Shown: positions 53,125 through 64,000 of the stretch, piece by piece | Numbering within the stretch: the first letter of the stretch is position 1 | Layout: every line of letters starts with the position of its first letter | From: Octopus sinensis | Lineage: Eukaryota | DNA length: 64,000 bases | Reading direction: 5' to 3' | NCBI RefSeq assembly: GCF_006345805.1 | Contig: NC_042997.1 | Span: 82,708,001 to 82,772,000, forward strand | Notes under the pieces: model-generated | Seen by the model: the letters and a program-made list of their open reading frames with translations, nothing else | What the model was told of the DNA's origin: nothing | Databases searched by the model: none | Program-made: the position numbers and the translations under genes

Positions 53125-53315
53125 GTATATGTTTGTGTGTCTGTGTTTGACAACCGATGGTGGTGTGTTTACATGCCCATAACTTAGCGGTTCAGCAAAA
53201 AGGACTGATAGAAGAAGTACTAGGCTTACAAAGAATAAGTCCTGGAGTCGATTTGCTCGACTAAAGGCAGTGCTCCAGCATGGTCACAGTCAAATGAGTG
53301 AAACAAGTAAAAGAG
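52920..53315 (+). mobile_element. SINE family A
   Basis: Close to consensus; lies inside or next to a minus-strand family B SINE. Confidence 0.8.
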
Positions 53316-53582
53316 AGAGTAAGTATTTTTTCAGCATGCTAATGATTCTGCTAGAAAGTAGCTTATATCAGTCAAGTACTTTGTATCATTTGCACTCTTA
53401 GTATTCATGTATTACAGAAAATAAAAACCCAACTAATTTGATATATTAGTGATATAATTAGAACCAAATATAATTTTTTCATCTCTTCATTAGTTGTAAT
53501 CCTTCAATGGATAATTAGAAATAAAGAGAATGAGGATGTGCATCATTGCTATCATCAACAAAAAGTACTATATGTTTTTCAG

Positions 53583-53625
53583 TTTCTGTAACATCTGGAG
53601 TGATCAATGAGTTCCAGGAAAGCAA
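53583..53625 (+). CDS. CEP162: CEP162-like exon 5
   Basis: tttttcag|VSVTSGVINEFQES(K)|gtaagt; phase 1 to 2, required to join its neighbours in frame. Confidence 0.65.
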
Positions 53626-54149
53626 GTAAGTACATATATACACATAACTATATTTACATACATCTATATATAAAATTAGTGTACAAATCTATGCACAAAA
53701 GAGGTGAACTTAACAGGACACCTTACATGTTAAAAAGAGCAGTCAAAGCCCAAACCACAGATAAGAGTAATTTCAAAGGGGATGAAAACTAAAAGCATTT
53801 TCAATAGTTACCACATGTATCTAGGTTTCAAACATCAATGAACAAATAAAATAATTTGCCATCTGTGTCCTCATCAGCATGGGCGCTATAATTAATGTAT
53901 ATTTGTGGAACATTGTAGACACACATGTTCTATCTATATACATTATAATTTTTCAAATCCACCACACAAGCGCAGTTATAGTTGGCAGCAGATAAAAATT
54001 TATATACCAACATTTCTTCAAAATTACAATTCCCATGGCCACTCCCGAGACTTGCTGGTAAAAATCATCCGCAAATGAGAAGCAGTTAAGTGAGAGGACA
54101 AGTTTGGCTGGACAAAGGAGTGTGGATGTGTCAGGTTGGAGGTTAGGTC

Positions 54150-55038
54150 GAAGGTCGCCCCATTTCTCTTCATCATTGTCATTGACTATGTGCTACGTAT
54201 GTCAGTTGATACCATTTCTGGCAAGGGCTTTGAAATAAAACCTAGAAGAAGTTCCAGACACCCAGCTGAATACTTGACAGACACTGACTTTGCTGACGAC
54301 ATTGCTCTTATCAGTGATTCTCTCTCTCCAAGGCCCAGTCTCTTTTACAATCTCTCGAACAAGCCTCAAATTGTGTAGGTCTTTACCTCAATGAGACCAA
54401 GACTGAATACGTAAACAAGTGCCTGTCCAACAGTAATTGCATCATCCATACTCTCAACAATGCGCCCTTAAATATGGTTTCTGATAACAAATATCATCAT
54501 CTGGAAAAGATTTTCTAACTAGAAAGTGTATGGCCTGGTCAGCCTGTAATGATATGCATAAGATCTGGTCATCAAATCTAAGTAGAGACTTCAGACTTAA
54601 AATCTTCAAAGCCACAGTTGAACCAATTCTACTATACGGCTCAGAAACCTGGATGTTATCAAAGAAGCGTGAGAGGCGGTTGGATGGAACCTACACTCGC
54701 CTCCTTATGAGAACTCAAAATCTCTCGTGGAAGTGTCATCTAACCAAAATGCAAATATATGGGAAACTACCACCTGTGTCATCTCTTGTGAAAGGTAGGA
54801 GAGTCCAGTTTGCTGGACATTGTTGTCGAGCTGAAAACGAGGCAATTTCTACTTTTCTTCTCTGGAAGCCATCTACTTGCGATACCAGAGGGCGCACACT
54901 CTCCTAGCCTGATGTAATCTCCAGGGATACAGGCATCCAGCAACAGGATCTCCGTAATGCTATGATGGACCGTGAAGTCTGGCGTAGCATGGTAAATTCC
55001 ATTGTCTCGACCACGGTCGAACAATGATGATGATGATG
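54150..55038 (+). pseudogene. Second RTE/RTE-X-like LINE, 5' truncated
   Basis: APFLFIIVID, DFADDIAL, LLYGSETW, FAGHC; (TGA)n tail. Confidence 0.85.
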
Positions 55039-55445
55039 AAGGTCACGCAGCCCTTGTGGTGAGGGATCACCGTGTATAGTCTCTTGATGTCAAGAGTGAA
55101 GAGAAGTTTAGAGGGGCCAGGAAGGAAGGAGAAAGAGTTGAACAAATGAAGTATCATGGATGTGAGGAAGGAGGGGCATGGACACGGTCAAGATATCTGG
55201 AGATGAGTTCGATGGGGCAGTTGCAGGCGGAGATGATGGTGGTCAGGGTTGTTAGGTTTGTGGATTTTGGGGAGGAAGTAAACTGTGGGGGTGCGAGGGG
55301 TGCAGACAATGAGGTTAGAGGCGGTGAGGGGAGACAGGAGGAGGAGATGAGGTCATGGATAGTGGGGGACACAGTCTGTTGGTAGCTGGGCATGGGGCTG
55401 GAGGGCAGATGGCAGTCAAAGGAGGTGTCTTGAAGTAGGCGGAGA
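55039..55445 (-). pseudogene. Penelope-like reverse transcriptase fragment
   Basis: IISACNCPIELISRYLD and LFTLDIKRLYTVIPH.KG, matching PLE RT motifs. Confidence 0.75.
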
Positions 55446-55469
55446 TACATATAAATGCACTTATTGTAA

Positions 55470-55810
55470 CTGTCCATTGGGTAAATACCCACTTCAGTCA
55501 TGCATGACCATGGGATTGCACCTAGAAGGTTACCCTCTGAGGCACAAATCTGGGCAAGGTTCTTTATGGAAGACCAGCAGTCGCTTCTGCTTACCAGCCT
55601 CCCCTCTCCATGCTGTTGATGTTATCCAAGGGAAAAGCAAAATCTGATACAGCTTGGCACCTGTGATGTCACAACTAATTTCTACTGCTTAGTGAACTGA
55701 AGCAATGTGAAATAAAGTGTCTTGCTCAGGGACACAGCACACAGCCCGGTCTGGCAATCAAATTCACTACCTTATGATTGTGAGCCTGATACTCTAACCA
55801 CTGAGCCATG
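55470..55810 (-). mobile_element. tRNA-derived SINE with CORE-like segment
   Basis: Minus strand ggctcagtggttagag (A box)...gtgtccctgagcaagacactt. Confidence 0.6.
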
Positions 55811-56238
55811 CACTTTCTGTTATCAATGTCATCCTCATCATTATTTCACATCCCTTTTTTCCATACTGGTATGGGTTTGATAGCAACTGACGAACCAGAG
55901 AACTACACTGAGTTCTAATTACACTATACCTTGAAAAAGATGGGTTGATCTAGGACTGATACTTTTGATGATAGAGCTGCTCAGTTAAGGCTAACCTAAG
56001 GTTAAGCAACACTAGTTTCATAGGATAGGGATTTGCTGAGAGTTACATATGTCTTTATTTTAGGCTTTATAAATGAGAGCAAAGTTATTGTTTAACTTGT
56101 TTTATAGTACTGAGAACTATAATCATCCATGTTAAGTGAAACCAATATAACTTTTCAAAACTTTTATCTAATTATAACTGAAAGAAAAAAATAGTAATGA
56201 CTCTCATTTGTATGATCAAATGCTATTATTTTTGTCAG

Positions 56239-56294
56239 GAAAGAAGAAAATGTTGATCTCCACTCTGTGTCTACTAAAGATTTTCTATTGAAAG
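56239..56294 (+). CDS. CEP162: CEP162-like exon 6
   Basis: tttgtcag|KEENVDLHSVSTKDFLLK|gtattt; phase 2 to 1. Confidence 0.65.
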
Positions 56295-57725
56295 GTATTT
56301 ATAGTCTTCTATTCCCCACCCTTTTTCATTCCTTTTATGTTTATTTTCCTTTTCTTTCAACCATTATTTAATATTGGTTTCAAATTTTGGCACAATGCTA
56401 GCAATTTTGGGGGAGGGCTAAGTCGATTACATCAACCTCAGTGCTCAACCTCTCTTATTGATCCTGAAAGGATGAAAAGCAAAGTTGACCTCTGCGGAAT
56501 TTGAACTCAGAACATAAAGACAGACAAAATGCTGCTGAACATTTTGCTCTGCTCACTAACAATTCTACCACCTTGCCGCTTTAACAACTGTTAATATTAT
56601 AATTAGTTTTTTTGCCATTAACCCTCTCATGGTCAATAAAATAAGTACCAGTTGCACTCTAGGTTTAATGTAATTGCCTTACATTATCCCCTGAAATTAT
56701 TGGTCTTGTGCCAAAATTTGAAACCAAAATTAACAATTCATTTTGATTTTCCATTTTATGTAAAGTTAAAAAAATAAATGGGCCTTCATTGGGTTGTCAA
56801 TGAGTATTCAGCTGTTTGATCAGTTGTACTAGATATTCATTGAATATACTTATAAGTGGCTGTGTATTCCTGAGACATGTAATTTTCAGGCAAGAATCAG
56901 CATGTCACAGTGTGTGACAAAGCTCAGCCTTTGAATTACGGGTACAACCCATGTGAAGGGCTTTCACACAGTTATCATTCACCCAATTTCACTGACAAGC
57001 CTTGGATCTATCCAAGGCTATGACAAATTATGCTTGCACAAGATGTCATGCAGTGAGAGTGAACCTGGTACCTCATCATTGTGATAAACCTTCTTCACCA
57101 TTCAACCATTCATAAATCTACACACACCATCCACATACATACATGCAGACACACACACATGCACTCAGATCAATGAAGATTATTGACAACAATAGGGATG
57201 TCATACACTCACATATCCACACTACATCTTCATCAGAGCTTCTGTTGGAAATACCAGGTAAATCTCCTTCAAATCATTCCTACCATCTAAGAAAATAAGG
57301 ACACATTGAGCAAAGTGGTTGTGAATGCACTGAGTATGGGATAAAAGACAGGATGGTCACAACTAGAACGTTTTTGACCATAAAGGGCTCCTCACTGAAA
57401 GCTGAATTGGAGCTAAGCAACAACACTGACAACATTCTTTCAATTGCTATCTACACAGAACAAACTTTATGCAAGAATTTTCTGTATCTGTTTTGTGAAC
57501 TAACATCATATTTCTCATTTCACACATCTCCATGGTCCACTGAGCCAGTAAGTCTTTATGATGTGTGTTATTATAGAGATGAAAGTTCAAATCTGAATCT
57601 CGATAGGAAACCAATCTGTTGCTAGTAACTTACCTTATGGGAAGGTTTTCAACTTGGTTTTGCAGGTTAACAAATCCTCTGCTATTTCTGTGGGTTTAAT
57701 ATTTTTTCTACAACTTTACTTTCAG

Positions 57726-57805
57726 AAACTGGCTCTTCTCATCCAGTTCAAGTCCCAGGTCCAGATACTTTAGATGAAATGGCAGACAAACAGAAGTTTT
57801 TTTCA
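57726..57805 (+). CDS. CEP162: CEP162-like exon 7
   Basis: tttcag|ETGSSH..GPDTLDEMADKQKFFS|gtgagt; resembles recalled CEP162 GLDTLEEQEEKEQFFA. Confidence 0.8.
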
Positions 57806-59107
57806 GTGAGTTTCTCTGCTTTCTTTATTGTATCCCTTATTCCTTGTTGAGTCCTGTTTTGATGAGATCCTTGGTTTTATTTAGACCTTCTTTCCTCCCT
57901 CCCTCCCCCCTCCCTTCCTTCCTTCCTTCCTTCCTCATCACCATCACTACCACCACCATCAACATTACATTGTCATTGTTGTCATAGTTATTATAGTTGT
58001 CATCATCGTCGTTGTCATCATCATCATCATCATCATCCTGCATGTCTTTCTGAGCTTCTATGGCTTGGATAGGTATCACAATTCTTGCTACTTGTTGCAG
58101 TCCATTGTCATCTGTTACACCTACAACAACAGAAAAACTGAACCAAATTTGTTGTTGTAAATGACATATGTTTTTTGATTTGTTTTCACAGCTGGATACC
58201 CTTCCTATCATCAAATCACACTGCAACCTATGGTTTAAGCTGAGTGCATTTTATCATGCCACCAGAAGTAGAGAAGCTGTCTGTGGCAGGACTAAAAATC
58301 CCCTTTATCCCCAATACTCTTTATCATCATCATCATCGTTGTCGTTTAGCATCCTTTTGCCATGCTTGCATGGGTTGGACAGTTTGACATGGAACTGGCT
58401 AGTAGGGAGCTGTCCAGAGTCTGACTGTTGTGGCATGGTTTACAGCTGGATGCCTTTCCTATCTCTATCCACTTAACAGAATGTGCTGGGTGCTTTTTAC
58501 GTGCCACTGGCATGGGTGTTTTTACATAGCACCAGCATGGGTGCATTAATGTAGCACTGGCACGGGTGCTTTTCAAGTGGTACCTGCACCTGAAGAACAA
58601 GCCTGTATGTGTGGAAGACAGCGATTTTACTTAGCTTATCAAGAATAGAAAGTACTTAGTCTTATCAAGTACAGCAAATCACCACATCTCCCGATGGGAC
58701 TCTTTATCTCATCTAGATTGGTTAGGTGTAATGTTGGATGCACCCTGCAGCATCTACACTTGCTTTTCTTTTGTTGTATTTGATATATTTTTTTTACGGT
58801 TGCATGTACTCTCTATCACCAATTGCAGCATGGTCTGGGTGCATTTTATTGTGCAACAGGCATCGAGAAGCTACCACTGACAAAACCTCTTTACTTTACA
58901 CCACTTTTGTTCAGTCCTTCCTCTTACCAGTCACTTTGCAACATTGGGTATAATTTTATTGTGTCATTGACACCTCAAGTGGTTGTGTCCAACAACTTGA
59001 GTACCAGTGTCTTACATCACTGACATGCATTCTTTATTATTTTGAATGGCTTTTGCAACTGGATGCCCTTCATGTCACTAAACACACACACATACATTTA
59101 TATATAT

Positions 59108-59497
59108 TACTCTTTTACTTGTTTCAGTCATATTGACTGTGGCCATGCTGGAGCACCGCCTTTAGTCAAGTAAATCGACCCTAGGACTTATTCTTTGGAA
59201 GCCTAGTACTTATTCTATCGGCCTCTTTTGCCGAACCGCCAAGTTACGGGGACATAACCACACCACCATCGGTTCTCAAGCGATGTTGGGGGGACAAACA
59301 TACACACACACACACACACACACACATACATATATACGACGAGCTTCTTTCAGTTGCCATCTACCAAATCCACTCACAAGTCTTTGGTCGGCCCGAGGCT
59401 ATATAGTAGAAGGCACTTGCTCAAGGTGCCACGCAGTGGGAATGAACCTGGAACCATGTGGTTGGTAAGCAAGCTACTTACCACACAGCCACTCCTC
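59108..59497 (-). mobile_element. SINE family A
   Basis: Reverse complement of the consensus. Confidence 0.8.
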
Positions 59498-59523
59498 TAC
59501 CTATATATATATATATATGTATG

Positions 59524-59555
<32 letters not shown>

Positions 59556-60579
59556 CTAGCAGTATAACCCGGCCTTGCCCGGGATTAAATTACGATTATT
59601 AAGCTAATCAAGTTCTTTATTTCAAACCAAACTAAGTAATATAGATGTCAAATTTGGGCGAAATCCATTGAAATTAGTTATATTATATATAAATATATTA
59701 TATATATATTATATATATATAATATAATATAAATATATATGGGCAACAGACACGAACACACATATGCACACGTACGTACACCTATTGCATGTTTTGTGCA
59801 CGCATACATGTTCATAAACAGAAATGAATGGAAAAAATGTTGTTAAATTTGTAGATTAACACTTGCACAATTTCCACTAAGAAAAAAAATCGTTTTTTTT
59901 GCATGGAATCAACTACTCTGGCCTCAAAACCCTTTTTGTAGTCCGTGAAATGGAGTGGGGTGTGGGGGAAGCCTCGCAAATTATACCCTTTTATATTGTG
60001 TAATTCACTGACAAATTGTTACTCACCTCTTTGTTTCTTTGTTGTTAAATAAATGGATTGTCAACAAAACTCTTTCGCACCCAAAGTAATGTGTGAGAGA
60101 GAGAGAGGGAGGAGAAAGATGAATGATTTAAAATAAATAAATATATTGTAATTGTTGTGTGAGAAAGTATATATACTATGATTATAATATATAGTGTGCC
60201 TTTCAAAAACAAAAAACAAAACATTTTACATTTTATCTTTTATGAATGTAGTCACTTACTCTCTCCCTCTCTCACTTTATCTTTCCCGTGAAACTCTCTG
60301 CCTCCTTCTTCCACTTTTTTTTATCTTATTTTTTTTTTGTTAGACGCCATCAAACAGCAATGGCTGATATTTCTTATGGTTAAAAGCTATGGTTGAAAAT
60401 AGATTTTTACCCTATCCACGGGTGCCTCGGGGAAAAAAATAAGTTGACAAAACCCAGATAGGGTGTTGACAAATTTCCTCCTAAAATTTGAGCGACATGC
60501 GTGCTAATTTGTGGATGTGCATAAATTACAATCACGTACACACACACACACACACACATCCTCCCTTTTATAGATATGA
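59556..60579 (-). mobile_element. Non-autonomous Helitron
   Basis: Minus strand 5' TC...CTAG 3', GC hairpin cccgggcaaggccggg ~12 nt from the 3' end, inserted in (AT)n, no TSD. Confidence 0.7.
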
Positions 60580-60627
60580 TATATATATATATATATATGT
60601 ACATATATATACATATACATATGCACG

Positions 60628-60667
<40 letters not shown>

Positions 60668-60818
60668 GCAGAACAAGAAATTAGAAATATTTGGTATTAT
60701 TTATTCATCATTTCATGTGTTTCATTTGCTAATAAGAATTCCAAAGTTTTATATGTCACGTAGAGAAATTAGGGATTTACCCTAACTACCTACATTATAT
60801 TTATATATATATATATAT

Positions 60819-60984
60819 AGGCACAGGCATGGCTGTGTGGTAAGAAGCTTGCTTCCCAACCACATGGTTCCAGGTTCAGTGCCACTGCATGGAATCTTGG
60901 GCAAGTGTCTTATGCTATAGCCTTGGGCCAACCAAATCCTTGTGAGTGGATTTGGCAGATGGAAACTGAAAGAAGTCCATTGCT

Positions 60985-61025
<41 letters not shown>

Positions 61026-61225
61026 TTGTGTGTCTGTGTTTTCACCCTCCACCATCGCTTGACAACGGTGTGTTTACATCCTCGCAACTTAGCAGTTTGG
61101 CAAAAGAGACCAATAGAATAAGTATTAGGCTTACAAAAAATAAGTAGTGGAGTTGATTTGTTCGACTAAAGACTGTACTTCAGCATGGCCACAATCAAAT
61201 GACAAACAAATAAAAGAATAAAAGA
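60819..61225 (+). mobile_element. SINE family A
   Basis: Matches the family A consensus. Confidence 0.8.
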
Positions 61226-61814
61226 ATATGTATATATATATCTAATTTCTATATCTATCTAATTATTTTAACTAATTTATCCATTCTCTCCTCTCGTATA
61301 TTCATCAACCATCGTGTATTCGCGCCTTCTTCTTCCGGACAACCTTTTCTTTACTTAAAAACGCAGCCCCAAACTTTTGCTCTTTCATTCATTCATTCAT
61401 CTAGCAGATAAGTTGAATGCTTATTTATTTTCACTTCTCCATCGATCATACATGCTTTCTTATCTATCTAACTATTTTTATCTAATTTCTATATCTATCT
61501 AATTATTTTAACTAATTTATCCATTCTCTCCTCTTGTGTATTCATCAACCATCGTGTATTCGCGGTGCACCCGCCCTGCCCACCCCCACCGCCAATACCG
61601 GATATCTCTATATTTTTGCTCCATCCATACCGGATGTCGCTTCTCCCACCACCATAATAGGTGTCTACTCTTCGAACCCCCCTCTTCAATACGCTATTTC
61701 ACCATGCATTACCTTTCTCTTGATATCCTACGTTCTACTTGCCTAGAACCTGTCATCATTTCTCTGAACCACCCCTCCCCACTGGTGCTCCCCTATATTT
61801 CTGCACCCCCCCCC

Positions 61815-62064
61815 CCACATAAAAAGCACCATCCGAACGTGGCCGATGCCAGACCCCTCTGGCACCTGTGCAGGTGGCACGTAAAAAACACCCACTACAC
61901 TCGCGGAGTGGTTGGCGTTAGGAAGGGCATCCAGCTGTAGAAACTCTGCCAGACTAGACTGGAGCCTGGGGCAGTCCCTAACTCCCCAGACCCCGATCGA
62001 AACCGTCCAACCCGTGCTAGCGCGGAAAACGGACGTTAAACGATGATGATGATGATGATGATGA
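61815..62064 (+). mobile_element. RTE 3' end fragment
   Basis: Subrepeat and (GAT)n tail. Confidence 0.8.
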
Positions 62065-62302
62065 TAGAACAAGAAATTTAAATAAAGTTAATAATTTCTT
62101 ATACTCTATACTCAACTGATGCTTTTGTCTGAAGCATATGTATATTGAGTTTTAACGCCAGGTTATTAGTATCATTATGCCTAAGCAAAATGTTAAAATA
62201 TATATATATATGTATACCTTTGACCATAAGTCTCCTTGATCAAAGCTGACTTTGGGTTAAGCAATAATAACACAATATGTGTATGTCTTATTTGCTTGAT
62301 AG

Positions 62303-62488
62303 GAGCTTGAAAAAGAGATGAGTGGTACACTGGACTATGGCCTTCTTAATCGTCAAATGAGCAAAACAAGTACTCAATTAGCGACTAGCTCAGTTGACTA
62401 TAACACCAAGGACAGCATGAAGCCTCAAGCAACTGGAGGAATAATAAGGAAAAACACATCTGAGACTTCAGCTAAAGTTGAACTTTTG
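62303..62488 (+). CDS. CEP162: CEP162-like exon 8
   Basis: tag|ELEKEMSGTLDYGLLNRQMS...VELL|gtaatt; resembles recalled CEP162 RLEKGLTSSIDYSRLNKEL. Confidence 0.8.
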
Positions 62489-62693
62489 GTAATTTTCTTT
62501 GTATTAAAAGAAAAATTAAATCAACAATATTTGTTTGCTGGTTTAAGCTTCTTTGGTCATATGAATTTTGTGATCTTAAGGACAAATCTGTTATTGCTGA
62601 ATATGTTTCACAAATTAGATTATAAATGTCATGAAATGATGTTATGTTTTGAAAAAAGTACTGAAGCTAGTTTTTAACTAACTTTTAAATTTA

Positions 62694-62923
62694 CAGGATG
62701 TCCATAAATTATCTTTACAACTTCCACAATTCATTGGTCTATTAAAGTTGCCATCTATCAATCTTTGCCTGTTAAATAAATATCATTAATTATTAAAGTT
62801 TTAATGTAACTTTGTTTTAATATTCAAATCACTTTCATTTATCTTTAAAGGTGTTTATTATTTCCTTATTTTTTAATTATTCTGAATTTTTTCAAATTGT
62901 AAAGGTAATTTATAGTCATCCTG
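62694..62923. mobile_element. Tc1/mariner-type MITE
   Basis: caggatgtccataaattatctttacaa / ttgtaaaggtaatttatagtcatcctg. Confidence 0.65.
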
Positions 62924-63885
62924 GATAATTAATTGATTGAATTGTAAAGTGTGTAGAAATATATTGATCTAACCTTGATTCTTTGGTTTCTATGTTTGAA
63001 CTGCATGTTAGCTTAGTGCAAAAACTATGGGCTCAAGCATAGCTGTGTGGTTAAGAAGTTTGATTCTCAACTACATCATTTTGGGTTCAGTACCACTACA
63101 TGACACCTTGGCCAAGTGCTCTTCTACTATAAACTTGAGCTTACTTAGGCCTTCTGAGTGAAATTTGCAAGATGGGAATTGTGCACAAGCATGTTGAAGT
63201 AAGCATTCCTGTTCTTGGCCAGTAGACTTTATCTGTCACCACATTTAGTGCCACTATCTGACTCTTGCATCACTTTAATGGAGTCTTTTGCAAGCATTCA
63301 GATAAGATCTCTGGTCTCTTCTTCCTTTCTTCATAGTCTTGGAACCCTTGAAGAAGGTCTTAGGTGCTTACTTAATTGACTAATGTATCAAGAAAAACAC
63401 AGAAAGAAAAAAAAAAACTTCCAGGCTTCATAGAAATGAGTGTTTATTGTTGGGGTTTGCAGTGCTAAGACAATGAAAAATAAGTTCAAAGATAAATGTT
63501 TCTGACAATAGAATGCTTACCATATTACAGATGACTTAGTCAGTTGTAAAATTATGTCCAATACTGCTAGCAAAGAAAACCATTCTACACTGTTTGCAAT
63601 ACTGATAGTATTGAATTGCATTTTCTCATGGTTTCTATTTACAACTAATTTGATTGAACCATTGAGTGTTTCTTTGCCAAGGGCTTAACATAGTATTAAG
63701 GATAAAACAAAGCCTGTCAATTCTTTGATTTGTAGCTTCATATCATATTACCATGGCTAATTGTGTAATTGTTTCTAATATATATTACTATTTTGGAGAA
63801 ATTAAGTTGTTGACTGTTAGTTTTGTATCATTTAATAGCTTGTTGATAAGTTGAGAAATATAATTTTTTTTTAATGTTTATTTAG

Positions 63886-63925
63886 AAACCCCTTCCACAG
63901 CAACAACCCAGTTTGTTATCAAAAG
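63886..63925 (+). CDS. CEP162: CEP162-like exon 9 (gene continues beyond the window)
   Basis: tttag|KPLPQQQPSLLSK|gtaaga; phase 0 to 1. Confidence 0.7.
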
Positions 63926-64000
63926 GTAAGAAATATTTTTCAAATTACAATTTAATGAACATTGACAAAACAATAATAATTACTCTTATAATAAGAACGA

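Noticed and set aside
61241-61563. ~85-bp direct repeat 240 bp apart
   Set aside because: Small local duplication with no recognisable structure or coding content.

Overview
AT-rich, microsatellite-rich animal genomic DNA, most likely octopus/coleoid cephalopod (inferred from the recurrent tRNA-derived SINEs and RTE LINEs with (ATG)n tails; not verified). The left ~38 kb is a stack of nested transposons: a Merlin fossil with two inserts, a Tx1/L1 fragment, Helentron-type elements, an old hAT fossil carrying an RTE LINE and a near-intact young CsRn1-clade Gypsy element, a Tc1 inside a second Tc1/mariner-type element, and a complete hAT with an 8-bp TSD. From ~38.5 kb to the end lie nine small + strand coding exons that splice in consistent phase into the N-terminus of a CEP162-like protein, with TE-filled introns. 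Most notable: Penelope-type minimal hammerhead ribozyme motifs inside long palindromes, a ~2.7 kb nested foldback in CEP162 intron 2, a -1 frameshift heptamer plus pseudoknot in the Gypsy element, and a multimerised RTE 3'UTR. All assignments are by eye; no searches were run, and ends of old repeats are approximate.
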